From the NCBI RefSeq assembly GCF_000009045.1, contig NC_000964.3, positions 992,001 to 1,056,000 of the forward strand: DNA of 64,000 nt, read 5' to 3'. The first letter of the stretch is position 1. The number at the start of each line of letters is the position of its first letter. The stretch comes from Bacillus subtilis subsp. subtilis str. 168 (GTDB lineage Bacteria > Bacillota > Bacilli > Bacillales > Bacillaceae). Positions 23,647 through 34,254 of this stretch are shown here, in pieces. The position numbers were made by a program, and so were the translations under genes. The notes beneath the pieces were generated by a model. That model worked only from the letters and a program-made list of their open reading frames with translations. It had not been told where the DNA came from and ran no database searches.

Positions 23647-25053
23647 TTGAACGCGGAGGAGAAGAAGGGATTACAGCGGGCAATTGAGGAAATTACCGAA
23701 ATTGCAAAAGGATTCGGCCTTGATTTCTACCCGATGAGATATGAAATCTGCCCGGCTGAAATTATTTATACATTTGGCGCGTACGGGATGCCGACAAGAT
23801 TCAGCCACTGGAGCTTCGGCAAGCAGTTTCACAAGATGAAGCTGCACTATGATCTAGGGTTAAGTAAGATCTATGAGCTGGTCATTAACTCAGATCCATG
23901 CTACGCTTTTTTGCTGGACAGCAACTCACTGATCCAAAATAAATTGATTGTCGCACACGTTCTTGCTCATTGCGATTTCTTCAAAAACAACTGCCGTTTC
24001 CAAAACACGAAGCGCGATATGGTGGAAAGCATGGCGGCAACAGCTGAACGGATAAAACACTATGAACAGGTTCACGGGATAAAAGAAGTCGAATCTTTTT
24101 TAGATGCAATCCTTTCGATTCAGGAGCATATCGATCCGTCGTTGGTCCGACCAAAGCTCCAATGGAGTGTGGATGATGAGGAAGAGGAGATTGAAGAGGC
24201 AGCCACGCCTTACGATGATCTATGGTCTTTAGATGAAAAGAAACCGAAAAAACAAGTGAAAAAATCGAAAAAACCGTTCCCGCCGCGGCCTGAAAAAGAT
24301 ATCCTGCTTTTTATCGAGGAGCATTCCCGGGAGCTGGAGCCATGGCAGCGTGATATATTAACGATGATGAGAGAGGAAATGCTTTATTTCTGGCCTCAGC
24401 TGGAAACCAAGATTATGAATGAGGGCTGGGCTTCCTATTGGCACCAGAGAATTATACGTGAGCTTGATTTAACCTCTGATGAAGCGATCGAGTTCGCCAA
24501 GCTGAATGCAGGTGTCGTTCAGCCGTCCAAAACAGGCATTAATCCTTATTATTTAGGGCTGAAAATATTTGAAGACATTGAAAAGAGGTACAACAACCCG
24601 ACGGAGGAAATGAAGAAAATGGGCGTGCAGCCTGACTCCGGCCGGGAGAAAATGTTTGAGGTCAGGGAGATTGAATCCGATATCTCTTTCATCCGCAATT
24701 ATTTAACCAAAGAATTAGTCATGCGCGAGGATCTTTATTTGTTTCAAAAACAGGGCCGAGATTATAAAATCATCGATAAACAGTGGAAGTCGGTGCGCGA
24801 CCAGCTCGTAAGCATGCGGGTAAATGGCGGTTTTCCATATTTGACAGTAAACGACGGCGATTATATGAAAAATAACGAACTCTATATTAAGCATTGGTAT
24901 GAGGGCATAGAGTTGGATTTGAAATATTTGGAGAAAGTGCTTCCTTATTTATTCCAGCTTTGGGGAAGAAGCGTGCACATTGAGTCTGTGCTTGAGGATA
25001 AGGAAGTCATGTTTTCGTACGACGGAAAAGGTGTTCACCGCAGATATTTATAA
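23647..25053 (+). CDS. spoVR: Stage V sporulation protein R
   Basis: SpoVR family ([25 protein letters not shown]). Confidence 0.96.
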
Positions 25054-25084
25054 AAAAGAGGATGCAGCGTTCTGCATCCTTTTT
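25053..25084. terminator. Bidirectional terminator spoVR/phoA
   Basis: AAAAAGAGGATGCAG..CTGCATCCTTTTT. Confidence 0.85.
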
Positions 25085-26468
25085 ATTTTCCAGTTTTTAA
25101 AATCTTAAATATGATGTTTGCCTGGTCCGTATTGTTAATCAATCCGCGGAATTTTTCTTTTCCGGGGCCGTACGCGTATACCGGTACTTCTTCGCCGGTA
25201 TGATCGGTACTCGTCCATCCGCTGTTGGAGCGGGTATTAAAAATCTTGATGATGGCTTTGGAGGCCCCTTTGCTTTTGTCAGCCTGTGCAGCTGCTTCAA
25301 CGCTTTTGATTTCTTCAGATGTGACTTTCAGATTGGCATAGCGGGCGAGCACATCTTTAACCGGCTTGCCTTCACTGATTTTTTTGGCCATGAATTCAGG
25401 TGTTTTCTTAGCGGAGAGAATCGGTTCTGCGTGCCAATTCTTTTCCCCGTTTGCGCCAATGGTAAAGCCGCCGGTTGTATGGTCAGCAGTTGCAATCACA
25501 AGTGTATGTTTGTCTTTTTTCGCAAATTCAATCGCGGCTTTATAGGCCTGTTCAAAATCTTTAACCTCGCTCATGGCTCCTACTGTATCATTGTCATGGG
25601 CCGCCCAGTCAATCTGGCTCCCTTCGACCATCAAGAAAAATCCTTTTTTATTTTGGTTCAGGCGATCAATTGCTGAAACCGTCATGTCTTTGAGAGACGG
25701 TGTTTTACTGTCACGGTCGAGCGCTTTAGCAAGCCCTCCATCTGCGAAAAGCCCGAGCACCTGCTGATCTTTATTTTTTTTCAATGCTTGTTTAGTTGTC
25801 ACATAGCTGTAGCCGGCTTGTTTGAATTCCTTTGTCAAGTTTCTGTCCTTGCGGTTAAAATAAGATTTTCCGCCGCCGAGCAGCACGTCTATTTTATGTT
25901 TGCCTTTTATCTTGTCATCCATATAGCTGTTGGCGATTTGGTCCATGTTTTTCCGTGATTCATTGTGGGCGCCATATGCGGCTGGAGTGGCGTGGTTAAT
26001 TTCAGACGTGGCGACAAGCCCTGTTGACTTGCCTTGCTGTTTGGCCTCTTCAAGTACAGATTTCACTTTTTTTCCGTTTTTATCGACGCCAATTGCATTG
26101 TTATATGTCTTAACGCCTGTCGCTAATGCTGTTCCGGCTGCTGCTGAATCTGTAATATTATAGTCAGGGTCATCCGGATGCGTCATCATCATGCCTGTCA
26201 GGTTCCGGTCAAATTCTGTTAACTTCGGGTTATTCGGTGTGTCACCGTTATTTTTCATGGAACGGTAGGCTCTTATGTAAGGCGTCCCCATGCCGTCGCC
26301 TATCATCACAATGACATTTCTGATCTCAGCTTTGTCTTGTTTTTTGGCGCTGGCCTTTTCTGTTTGCTGAAGCTCAGCTCCGGCAAAGATTCCAGCTGTA
26401 AGGACAGAAACAGCGGCGATTGGCAGAAGTTTTGATTTCATATTTTGAAACAAACTCATTTTTTTCAT
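25083..26468 (-). CDS. phoA: Alkaline phosphatase A
   Basis: Signal peptide; IGDGMG, TDSAAAG active Ser, EGSQIDWAAH, TADH. Confidence 0.97.
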   Translation of the reverse strand: MKKMSLFQNMKSKLLPIAAVSVLTAGIFAGAELQQTEKASAKKQDKAEIRNVIVMIGDGMGTPYIRAYRSMKNNGDTPNNPKLTEFDRNLTGMMMTHPDDPDYNITDSAAAGTALATGVKTYNNAIGVDKNGKKVKSVLEEAKQQGKSTGLVATSEINHATPAAYGAHNESRKNMDQIANSYMDDKIKGKHKIDVLLGGGKSYFNRKDRNLTKEFKQAGYSYVTTKQALKKNKDQQVLGLFADGGLAKALDRDSKTPSLKDMTVSAIDRLNQNKKGFFLMVEGSQIDWAAHDNDTVGAMSEVKDFEQAYKAAIEFAKKDKHTLVIATADHTTGGFTIGANGEKNWHAEPILSAKKTPEFMAKKISEGKPVKDVLARYANLKVTSEEIKSVEAAAQADKSKGASKAIIKIFNTRSNSGWTSTDHTGEEVPVYAYGPGKEKFRGLINNTDQANIIFKILKTGK

Positions 26469-26509
26469 GCCTCCTTTAATGTATTCCGTTTATCATGTTA
26501 GGGAAACTT

Positions 26510-26558
26510 TGTTAAATGCGGCTGTTGATCATGTAAACAATAAGTAAAGCCTTGTAAG
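26510..26558 (-). promoter_or_regulatory. Pho box array upstream of phoA
   Basis: Minus-strand hexamers CTTACA, TTTACT, TTTACA, TCAACA, TTAACA at about 10-13 bp spacing; PhoP consensus TT(A/T/C)ACA. Confidence 0.75.
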
Positions 26559-26840
26559 GAAATGAAAAAACGCTTTTCGTTATCTTGCCTTATTTGATGT
26601 AAAGCATTCATTTTTCAGAAAAATCTTTACCTCTCTGTCTTTGCATGATATGTTTGTTTAAATAAAAAAACTGCGGATAACCACAGCTCTCCTCGAATAT
26701 ACTTTATCACTCATTTTTCCGATATATGAGCCGACCCCGAAAGTTTTTCATTTATTTCCTTTATGTTGAAAAACATCCCATAAAACATGACAAAAGCACT
26801 CGTTTTTTGTCACCTTTGCAATGAAAATGAAATATTTAAT

Positions 26841-26868
26841 ACCCTTAAAAACTTTTTTTTAGAACGAA
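26841..26868 (+). promoter_or_regulatory. sigmaI-type promoter of lytE
   Basis: ACCCTT + A-tract, 18-nt spacer, CGAA. Confidence 0.65.
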
Positions 26869-26997
26869 TAATTAAGAAATTTGTCACATGAAGTCAAGAC
26901 TATTTCTGATGGGAATCTATCCTTATAATAGAAATCAATAAGATTAATTTAAAAAAAGAGATACATATATATAGAGTTAACATTTGGGGAGGAAAAT

Positions 26998-28002
26998 ATG
27001 AAAAAGCAAATCATTACAGCTACGACAGCAGTTGTTTTAGGATCGACGTTATTTGCAGGAGCGGCATCTGCACAAAGCATTAAGGTGAAAAAAGGCGACA
27101 CGTTATGGGATCTTTCAAGAAAATACGACACAACGATCAGTAAAATTAAATCAGAGAACCACCTTCGTTCAGACATTATTTATGTGGGACAAACTTTATC
27201 GATTAACGGCAAATCTACAAGTTCAAAAAGCAGCAGTTCTTCTTCCTCTTCTTCTACATACAAAGTAAAGAGCGGGGACAGCCTTTGGAAAATTTCAAAA
27301 AAATACGGCATGACAATCAATGAACTGAAGAAGCTGAATGGCTTAAAATCAGATTTGCTTCGTGTTGGACAAGTCCTGAAACTGAAAGGTTCAACTAGTT
27401 CAAGCAGCTCCAGCTCATCAAAAGTGTCATCGTCTTCAACTTCTACTTATAAAGTGAAGAGCGGAGACAGCCTTTCTAAAATTGCGAGCAAATACGGCAC
27501 TACGGTTAGCAAATTAAAAAGCTTAAACGGCTTAAAATCAGATGTAATCTATGTCAACCAAGTATTGAAGGTGAAAGGAACAAGCACAAGCAGCTCAAAA
27601 CCTGCTTCATCTTCATCGTCTTCAAGCAGCAAAACGTCATCTACATCACTTAATGTGAGCAAGCTGGTTTCTGATGCAAAAGCGTTAGTCGGAACGCCAT
27701 ATAAATGGGGCGGAACGACAACTTCAGGCTTTGACTGCAGCGGATTCATTTGGTACGTACTGAATAAACAAACAAGTGTGGGCAGAACAAGCACTGCAGG
27801 ATACTGGAGTTCTATGAAGAGCATTGCCAGCCCGTCTGTTGGTGATTTCGTCTTCTTCACAACATATAAATCCGGCCCTTCTCACATGGGGATTTACATT
27901 GGAAACAACAGTTTCATTCATGCAGGATCTGACGGCGTACAAATCAGCAGCCTGAACAACAGCTACTGGAAGCCTCGTTACCTCGGTGCGAAAAGATTCT
28001 AA
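26998..28002 (+). CDS. lytE: Elongation DL-endopeptidase (3 LysM + NlpC/P60)
   Basis: Three LysM repeats, Ser linkers, FDCSG and H motifs. Confidence 0.97.
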   Translation: MKKQIITATTAVVLGSTLFAGAASAQSIKVKKGDTLWDLSRKYDTTISKIKSENHLRSDIIYVGQTLSINGKSTSSKSSSSSSSSSTYKVKSGDSLWKISKKYGMTINELKKLNGLKSDLLRVGQVLKLKGSTSSSSSSSSKVSSSSTSTYKVKSGDSLSKIASKYGTTVSKLKSLNGLKSDVIYVNQVLKVKGTSTSSSKPASSSSSSSSKTSSTSLNVSKLVSDAKALVGTPYKWGGTTTSGFDCSGFIWYVLNKQTSVGRTSTAGYWSSMKSIASPSVGDFVFFTTYKSGPSHMGIYIGNNSFIHAGSDGVQISSLNNSYWKPRYLGAKRF

Positions 28003-28011
28003 TTTTTAGAG

Positions 28012-28040
28012 AAAACCCGTTCATTGGAACGGGTTTTTTT
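28012..28040. terminator. Terminator lytE/citR
   Basis: AAAACCCGTTCATTGGAACGGGTTTTTTT. Confidence 0.88.
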
Positions 28041-28072
28041 CATTAGACGGAGCACAGGCGTTTTGGTTGCTC

Positions 28073-28948
28073 CTAAAAATGAAAATGTGATAAAAAATCC
28101 AAGAACTTTTTTTCTTTCTTATTTTCATAAAGGGCAATCGCGTAAGCGCCGGCATAGGGCAGCTGTACAGACTGATAAGGAATTCTGATCATCTGTTTCT
28201 CTGCTAACTCACGCTTTACTGTAGATAAAGGCAGAAATGAAACTCCGAGTCCTTCCTTGATAAACCGTTTCGTTATATGTGTTTGAGTGACCTTCATTGT
28301 TCTCACAAATGGAAATGTCATTCTGACTTGACGGAGCAAGTCGTCCCAGTAATCAGGATGATTGTGGGTCAAAAGCAGGTATTGTTCGAGCACCTCTTTG
28401 GCATCAATTTCGTTGTCTTCTATGAAACGCTTATCGGGCGGGGCAACAAGGACGACAGGGTCTTTGTATAAGCAGTGGCAGCTTAAAGAAGAAGACTGTA
28501 CCTTTAAACAGCTTAGTCCGATATCTGCTTCCCCGGCTTTAATCAGTGACGCGATTTCCGCTGATTCGAAAATCGTAACCGCCATTTCTGTTTCCGTATT
28601 CATTGCTGTGTACCGCTTCATGACAGAAGGAAGCACTGTATCTGCAATAAGCGGAGAAACCGCGAGCTGTAAGGTTTGAGAGTAGCCTTGTCTCACTCTG
28701 TGAAGCTCTGCCATGCTGTTTTCATAATCATCAAGAAGCCTGAGCGCATACGGCAAATACGCCCTGCCTTCATCAGTCAGCTGGATTTGCCTGCCTTTAC
28801 GCTCGAACAGCTTGCAGCTGATTTCTTTTTCTAATTGCTTGATATGTACGGTCACAGTAGGCTGAGATAAGAAAAGCGTTTCCGCCGTTTTTCGGAAGTT
28901 CTCATATTTTGCAGCGGTCACAAAGGTGTGAAGCCATTTGAAATCCAT
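28073..28948 (-). CDS. citR: LysR-family regulator of citA
   Basis: LysR HTH (FRKTAETLFLSQPTVTVHIKQLE); divergent from citA. Confidence 0.95.
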   Translation of the reverse strand: MDFKWLHTFVTAAKYENFRKTAETLFLSQPTVTVHIKQLEKEISCKLFERKGRQIQLTDEGRAYLPYALRLLDDYENSMAELHRVRQGYSQTLQLAVSPLIADTVLPSVMKRYTAMNTETEMAVTIFESAEIASLIKAGEADIGLSCLKVQSSSLSCHCLYKDPVVLVAPPDKRFIEDNEIDAKEVLEQYLLLTHNHPDYWDDLLRQVRMTFPFVRTMKVTQTHITKRFIKEGLGVSFLPLSTVKRELAEKQMIRIPYQSVQLPYAGAYAIALYENKKEKKFLDFLSHFHF

Positions 28949-29056
28949 TTCTATTCTCCCTCTGATTAATATTTTTAATTAATTCCCTTTAAAATATTGA
29001 TTATTTTTTAAATATTATATTTACTATAATAACAGAAAAGGATAGGGGGAATACAA

Positions 29057-30157
29057 ATGGTACATTACGGATTAAAGGGAATTACATGTGTAGAAACATC
29101 CATCAGCCATATTGATGGTGAAAAAGGGCGTCTGATTTACAGAGGACATCATGCAAAAGACATCGCACTGAATCACAGCTTTGAAGAAGCGGCTTATTTG
29201 ATTTTATTTGGAAAACTGCCTTCAACTGAAGAATTGCAGGTATTTAAAGATAAGCTGGCTGCGGAACGGAATCTTCCGGAACATATTGAGCGCTTGATTC
29301 AATCACTGCCAAACAACATGGACGATATGTCGGTGCTGAGAACGGTTGTTTCAGCATTGGGGGAAAATACGTACACATTCCATCCGAAAACAGAGGAAGC
29401 AATCCGGCTGATTGCAATCACGCCTTCTATCATTGCATACAGAAAAAGATGGACGCGCGGTGAACAAGCAATTGCACCTTCTTCCCAGTACGGACATGTC
29501 GAAAACTACTATTATATGCTCACAGGTGAACAGCCTTCAGAGGCAAAAAAGAAAGCGCTTGAAACCTATATGATTCTGGCCACGGAGCACGGCATGAACG
29601 CATCGACTTTTTCGGCACGAGTCACGTTATCTACAGAGAGTGATTTAGTGTCAGCCGTCACGGCTGCTCTCGGTACGATGAAAGGTCCGCTGCACGGAGG
29701 TGCTCCTTCTGCGGTGACAAAAATGCTTGAAGACATTGGAGAAAAGGAACATGCTGAAGCATATCTGAAAGAAAAACTCGAAAAAGGAGAGCGCTTGATG
29801 GGATTCGGCCACAGGGTGTACAAAACAAAAGACCCGCGGGCAGAAGCTTTGAGACAGAAAGCAGAAGAGGTGGCCGGCAATGACCGTGATCTTGATCTTG
29901 CGCTGCATGTAGAAGCAGAAGCGATTCGTTTGCTAGAAATCTACAAACCGGGACGAAAGCTGTACACAAATGTTGAATTTTACGCAGCTGCAGTGATGAG
30001 GGCCATCGATTTTGACGATGAATTGTTTACTCCGACCTTTTCAGCAAGCCGAATGGTAGGGTGGTGCGCCCATGTACTGGAACAGGCAGAAAACAACATG
30101 ATTTTCCGCCCGTCAGCGCAATATACCGGTGCCATTCCCGAGGAAGTTCTTTCATAA
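29057..30157 (+). CDS. citA: Citrate synthase I
   Basis: [22 protein letters not shown] and NVEFY motifs. Confidence 0.96.
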
Positions 30158-30168
30158 CATATTTTGGC

Positions 30169-30194
30169 GTTTATTCATTTCTGTCGTGTGGTAA
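30169..30194 (+). promoter_or_regulatory. sigmaB promoter of yhdF
   Basis: GTTTAT-14-TGGTAA. Confidence 0.65.
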
Positions 30195-30230
30195 CGTTCA
30201 GTATCAACCACATGTCTAGGAGTGATGAAT

Positions 30231-31100
30231 GTGAACCCAATGGACAGACAAACAGAAGGACAAGAACCGCAGCATCAGGACAGACAGCCGGGCATTGAGT
30301 CAAAAATGAATCCGCTGCCGCTGTCAGAGGACGAGGATTATCGAGGAAGCGGAAAACTGAAAGGAAAAGTTGCGATCATTACTGGAGGCGACAGCGGAAT
30401 AGGGAGAGCAGCAGCTATTGCCTTTGCTAAAGAGGGGGCTGATATCTCCATTCTATACTTAGACGAGCATTCGGACGCAGAGGAAACACGCAAACGGATC
30501 GAAAAGGAGAATGTCCGCTGCCTGCTTATCCCGGGAGATGTTGGGGACGAGAACCATTGTGAACAAGCTGTGCAGCAAACAGTGGACCATTTTGGTAAAC
30601 TCGATATCTTAGTGAACAACGCCGCTGAACAGCATCCCCAGGACAGCATTCTCAATATTTCAACAGAACAGCTGGAAAAAACCTTTCGCACAAATATTTT
30701 TTCCATGTTTCATATGACGAAGAAAGCTTTGCCTCACCTGCAAGAGGGGTGTGCCATTATTAATACGACATCGATTACCGCTTATGAAGGGGATACGGCG
30801 TTAATTGATTATTCCAGCACAAAGGGTGCGATTGTTTCCTTTACGCGTTCCATGGCGAAGTCGCTTGCAGATAAAGGCATCAGAGTGAATGCGGTGGCGC
30901 CCGGTCCGATTTGGACACCGCTTATTCCGGCGACATTCCCTGAGGAAAAAGTGAAACAGCACGGCTTGGATACCCCAATGGGAAGACCGGGACAGCCGGT
31001 TGAGCATGCAGGCGCCTATGTTCTGCTGGCGTCTGACGAATCTTCCTATATGACAGGGCAGACCATTCATGTGAATGGCGGCCGTTTTATTTCAACGTAA
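30231..31100 (+). CDS. yhdF: General-stress SDR oxidoreductase
   Basis: TGGDSGIG and YSSTK; SD AGGAG before GTG 30231. Confidence 0.93.
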   Translation: MNPMDRQTEGQEPQHQDRQPGIESKMNPLPLSEDEDYRGSGKLKGKVAIITGGDSGIGRAAAIAFAKEGADISILYLDEHSDAEETRKRIEKENVRCLLIPGDVGDENHCEQAVQQTVDHFGKLDILVNNAAEQHPQDSILNISTEQLEKTFRTNIFSMFHMTKKALPHLQEGCAIINTTSITAYEGDTALIDYSSTKGAIVSFTRSMAKSLADKGIRVNAVAPGPIWTPLIPATFPEEKVKQHGLDTPMGRPGQPVEHAGAYVLLASDESSYMTGQTIHVNGGRFIST

Positions 31101-31106
31101 TCAACG

Positions 31107-31133
31107 AAAAACCAGCTCAAGAGCTGGTTTTTT
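31107..31133 (+). terminator. Terminator after yhdF
   Basis: AAAAACCAGCTCAAGAGCTGGTTTTTT. Confidence 0.88.
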
Positions 31134-31163
31134 GTGTGGTGAAAAATTTCAAAATAAAAAATT

Positions 31164-31306
31164 TGTCGATTTTTCTAACAATTTTGTTTTCATTTTTGCA
31201 ATTTTATATATAATATTGAGTAGGAGAAAGGAATGATTCGCGACCAGTACAAATATAGTAGAAAAAAAAGAATAATGACCATTGTTACTCATGAATTCAG
31301 AAAATT
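31164..31306 (+). promoter_or_regulatory. bcaP control region: CodY-like boxes (31169-31183, 31292-31306) and TnrA-like box (31164-31180)
   Basis: ATTTTTCTAACAATT 12/15 and TGAATTCAGAAAATT 11/15 to AATTTTCWGAAAATT; TGTCG-N7-TAACA vs TGTNA-N7-TNACA. Confidence 0.7.
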
Positions 31307-31349
31307 CAAATAAAATATATAAAAATAGATGATCGGGAGTTGAAGGGGA

Positions 31350-32747
31350 ATGAAAGGGAGCGTTTTTAGGAAGAAAAGCATTCAGGATTTAATCGCTGCG
31401 ACGAGCGGGGAAAAGTCTTTAAAAAGAGAATTAGGGGCATTTGATTTAACGTTGCTTGGAATCGGCGCCATTATTGGCACAGGGATTTTTGTTCTGACGG
31501 GAACAGGCGCAGTCACGGCCGGTCCCGGGCTGACGATTTCATTTGTTGTGGCGGCGTTGGCTTGTTTATTCGCCGCCCTGTCTTACGCGGAATTTGCGTC
31601 AAGTGTGCCTGTTTCAGGTTCGGTGTATACATTCACTTATGCGACATTGGGAGAGCTTATGGCCTTTATTATCGGGTGGGATTTAATTTTAGAATACATG
31701 CTGGCGGTAAGTGCAGTGTCGGTCGGCTGGTCTGGTTATTTCCAATCGTTTTTATCAGGGCTTGGCATTCATCTTCCGGTTGCTTTAACAGCGGCACCGG
31801 GCGCAGTGAAAGGCACCTTTACCCTGTTTAATCTTCCTGCATTCGTCATTGTAATGGCGATCACATATTTGCTTTATTTAGGCATCAAAGAATCAAAAAG
31901 AGTCAACAATATCATGGTTATCTTGAAGATACTGGTTGTTCTGCTGTTTATCGCGGTGGCAGCCGTTTACGTGAAGCCGCACAACTGGCAGCCGTTTATG
32001 CCAATGGGCTTTGGCGGCGTGTTCAGTGCAGCGGCGCTCGTATTCTTTGCTTTTATCGGATTTGACGCTGTATCCTCTGCTGCGGAAGAAACGAAAAATC
32101 CCGCGAAGGATCTGCCTAAAGGCATTATTTTCTCTTTACTGGTCTGCACGATTTTATATGTCACCGTATCAGCCATCATGACTGGGGTTATCCCGTTTGC
32201 TCAATTTGCGGGTGTGGATCATCCGGTTTCTCTTGTTCTTCAAAGCGCAGGGCAAAATTGGGTGGCAGGCATCATTGATATTGGCGCCGTGTTGGGAATG
32301 ACAACAGTTATGCTCGTGATGCTTTACGGGCAGACCCGCGTCATGTTTGCCATGTCGCGTGACGGACTTGTGCCGGGTTCACTTTCTAAAGTGCATCCAA
32401 AGCACAAAACACCTTATGTAGCCACTTGGTTTTTCGGAACGATGTCGGCGCTTCTCGGCTCACTTGTTCCGCTGGATGAACTTGCAAAGCTGGTGAACAT
32501 CGGGACGTTGTCGGCATTTGTCCTGATTTCTGTGGCAGTTATCGTTTTGAGAAAGAAACAGCCTGATCTTCCGAGAGCTTTTAAATGCCCGGGAGTTCCC
32601 GTGATCCCAGGCCTGGCGATTCTGTTCTGCCTGTTCTTGATTTTAAATCTGGGATGGGTGACGATTGTCCGCTTCCTAGTGTGGCTGTTAATCGGCTTGG
32701 TAATCTATTTCCTGTATTCAAGAAAGCATTCAAAATTAAATCAATAA
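31350..32747 (+). CDS. bcaP: APC-family branched-chain amino acid permease (yhdG)
   Basis: GAIIGTGIF and FFAFIGFDAV CAT-family motifs. Confidence 0.93.
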   Translation: MKGSVFRKKSIQDLIAATSGEKSLKRELGAFDLTLLGIGAIIGTGIFVLTGTGAVTAGPGLTISFVVAALACLFAALSYAEFASSVPVSGSVYTFTYATLGELMAFIIGWDLILEYMLAVSAVSVGWSGYFQSFLSGLGIHLPVALTAAPGAVKGTFTLFNLPAFVIVMAITYLLYLGIKESKRVNNIMVILKILVVLLFIAVAAVYVKPHNWQPFMPMGFGGVFSAAALVFFAFIGFDAVSSAAEETKNPAKDLPKGIIFSLLVCTILYVTVSAIMTGVIPFAQFAGVDHPVSLVLQSAGQNWVAGIIDIGAVLGMTTVMLVMLYGQTRVMFAMSRDGLVPGSLSKVHPKHKTPYVATWFFGTMSALLGSLVPLDELAKLVNIGTLSAFVLISVAVIVLRKKQPDLPRAFKCPGVPVIPGLAILFCLFLILNLGWVTIVRFLVWLLIGLVIYFLYSRKHSKLNQ

Positions 32748-32864
32748 CCTTTTGATAAAGAGAGCGGCCATACAGGCCGCCTCTTTTCTGTTCTTGGCAA
32801 ATGAATCTATAGAAATGAAGACAAAAATAAGAGATAATATAGGCTGGAAAGGAAGTGACGTTTA

Positions 32865-34220
32865 TTGTCTGAGCAAAAACCAGTCCAATGGGCTTCGAAA
32901 ATTGGTTTCGTCATGGCAGCGGCCGGCTCGGCTATCGGCTTGGGCGCGATTTGGAAGTTCCCTTACGTAGCGGGGACCAATGGGGGAGGAGCCTTTTTTC
33001 TTATCTTCGTGTTATTTACCATCCTCTTAGGCTATCCGCTTTTGGTGGGGGAATTTATTTTTGGAAGACGGAACCAGACGAATGCCATTGATGCATATAA
33101 AAAAGAAGCGCCGCGATCAGCTTGGTTTCTTACGGGGTGGATCGGCGTAGCGGCGTGTTTCTTAGTGCTGTCGTTTTACAGTGTAATCGGGGGATGGATT
33201 TTGCTGTATATCGTGAAAACAGCGTCAGGATCACTGTCCGGGCTTTCTCAAGCACAGTATGGCGCTCTTTTTGCTTCTATTATCCAAAATCCGGTGCAGA
33301 CGCTCGCGGCTCAGCTTGTCTTTATGGCACTGACTGTACTCGTTGTCGCAAGAGGGGTTCAAAAAGGGATTGAACGGGTAAGCGCGGTGATGATGCCGAT
33401 TTTGTTTTTATTGTTTATTCTGCTCGTTCTTCGGTCTCTTACGCTTAATGGTGCAATGGAAGGCGTAAAGTTTCTGCTTGTGCCTCATTTCGGCGATCTG
33501 ACTCCGGAATCCATATTATTCGCGCTGGGACAGGCCTTCTTTACGTTAACACTGGGGGTTTCGGTGATGGTGACCTACAGCTCCTATTTGCCGAAAACAC
33601 AAAATATCCCTCGTTCGGCAGCCTCCATTGTCTTGATGAATATCATTGTGACACTCTTGGCAGGTTTGGCTATTTTTCCGGCGGTTTTCTCATTCGGTTT
33701 TCAGCCAAATGAAGGACCGACATTGCTGTTTACAGTGCTTCCGGCCGTTTTTGAACAGCTTCCGTTCGGCACATTGTTTTTTATCGGCTTTCTCGTTGCA
33801 TTTTTATTTGCAGCCTTAACCTCAGCATTTTCGATGGTTGAAATTATCGTTGCCACAATCGGAAAAGGGGACGAAAAGAAGAGAAAAAAACTGTCATGGA
33901 CGAGCGGGCTTTTGATCTTTTTGGTCGGAATCCCATGCTGCTTGTCTTATGGCGTTTTGAGTGATGTGCACCTATTTGGCAAAACGTTTTTTGATATTGC
34001 CGATTTTACCGTCAGCAATGTTTTGATGCCTTCAGGCGCTCTGTTAATTTCTCTATTTATCCCGCTGAAAATTTCGAAAAGCGAACTCTTGGCTGAAATG
34101 CGAAATGGATCAAATGCAGGTAAAGCATTCTTTTACACATGGTTTTATTTGCTTCGTTTTATCGTGCCGCTTGCCATTATTATCGTGTTCTTAAATTTAA
34201 TCGGAATTTTATCATTTTAA
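32865..34220 (+). CDS. yhdH: Sodium-dependent transporter, NSS/SNF family
   Basis: GSAIGLGAIWKFPY..NGGGAF signature. Confidence 0.93.
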   Translation: MSEQKPVQWASKIGFVMAAAGSAIGLGAIWKFPYVAGTNGGGAFFLIFVLFTILLGYPLLVGEFIFGRRNQTNAIDAYKKEAPRSAWFLTGWIGVAACFLVLSFYSVIGGWILLYIVKTASGSLSGLSQAQYGALFASIIQNPVQTLAAQLVFMALTVLVVARGVQKGIERVSAVMMPILFLLFILLVLRSLTLNGAMEGVKFLLVPHFGDLTPESILFALGQAFFTLTLGVSVMVTYSSYLPKTQNIPRSAASIVLMNIIVTLLAGLAIFPAVFSFGFQPNEGPTLLFTVLPAVFEQLPFGTLFFIGFLVAFLFAALTSAFSMVEIIVATIGKGDEKKRKKLSWTSGLLIFLVGIPCCLSYGVLSDVHLFGKTFFDIADFTVSNVLMPSGALLISLFIPLKISKSELLAEMRNGSNAGKAFFYTWFYLLRFIVPLAIIIVFLNLIGILSF

Positions 34221-34252
34221 AAAACAGGCTCCGTTTCCGGGGCCTGTTTTTT
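34219..34252. terminator. Bidirectional terminator yhdH/yhdI
   Basis: AAAAAACAGGCTCCG..CGGGGCCTGTTTTTT. Confidence 0.85.
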
Positions 34253-34254
34253 AT

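Noticed and set aside
26672-26685. TTATCCGCA (minus strand), one mismatch to a DnaA box, in the phoA-lytE gap
   Set aside because: Single degenerate 9-mer, expected by chance in 64 kb.
19792-28002. Long antisense ORFs rich in E/L/D over lytF and lytE (e.g. 20633-20980, 20048-20275, 27549-27860)
   Set aside because: Shadow frames of Ser-rich linkers and LysM repeats, with no SD or independent features.
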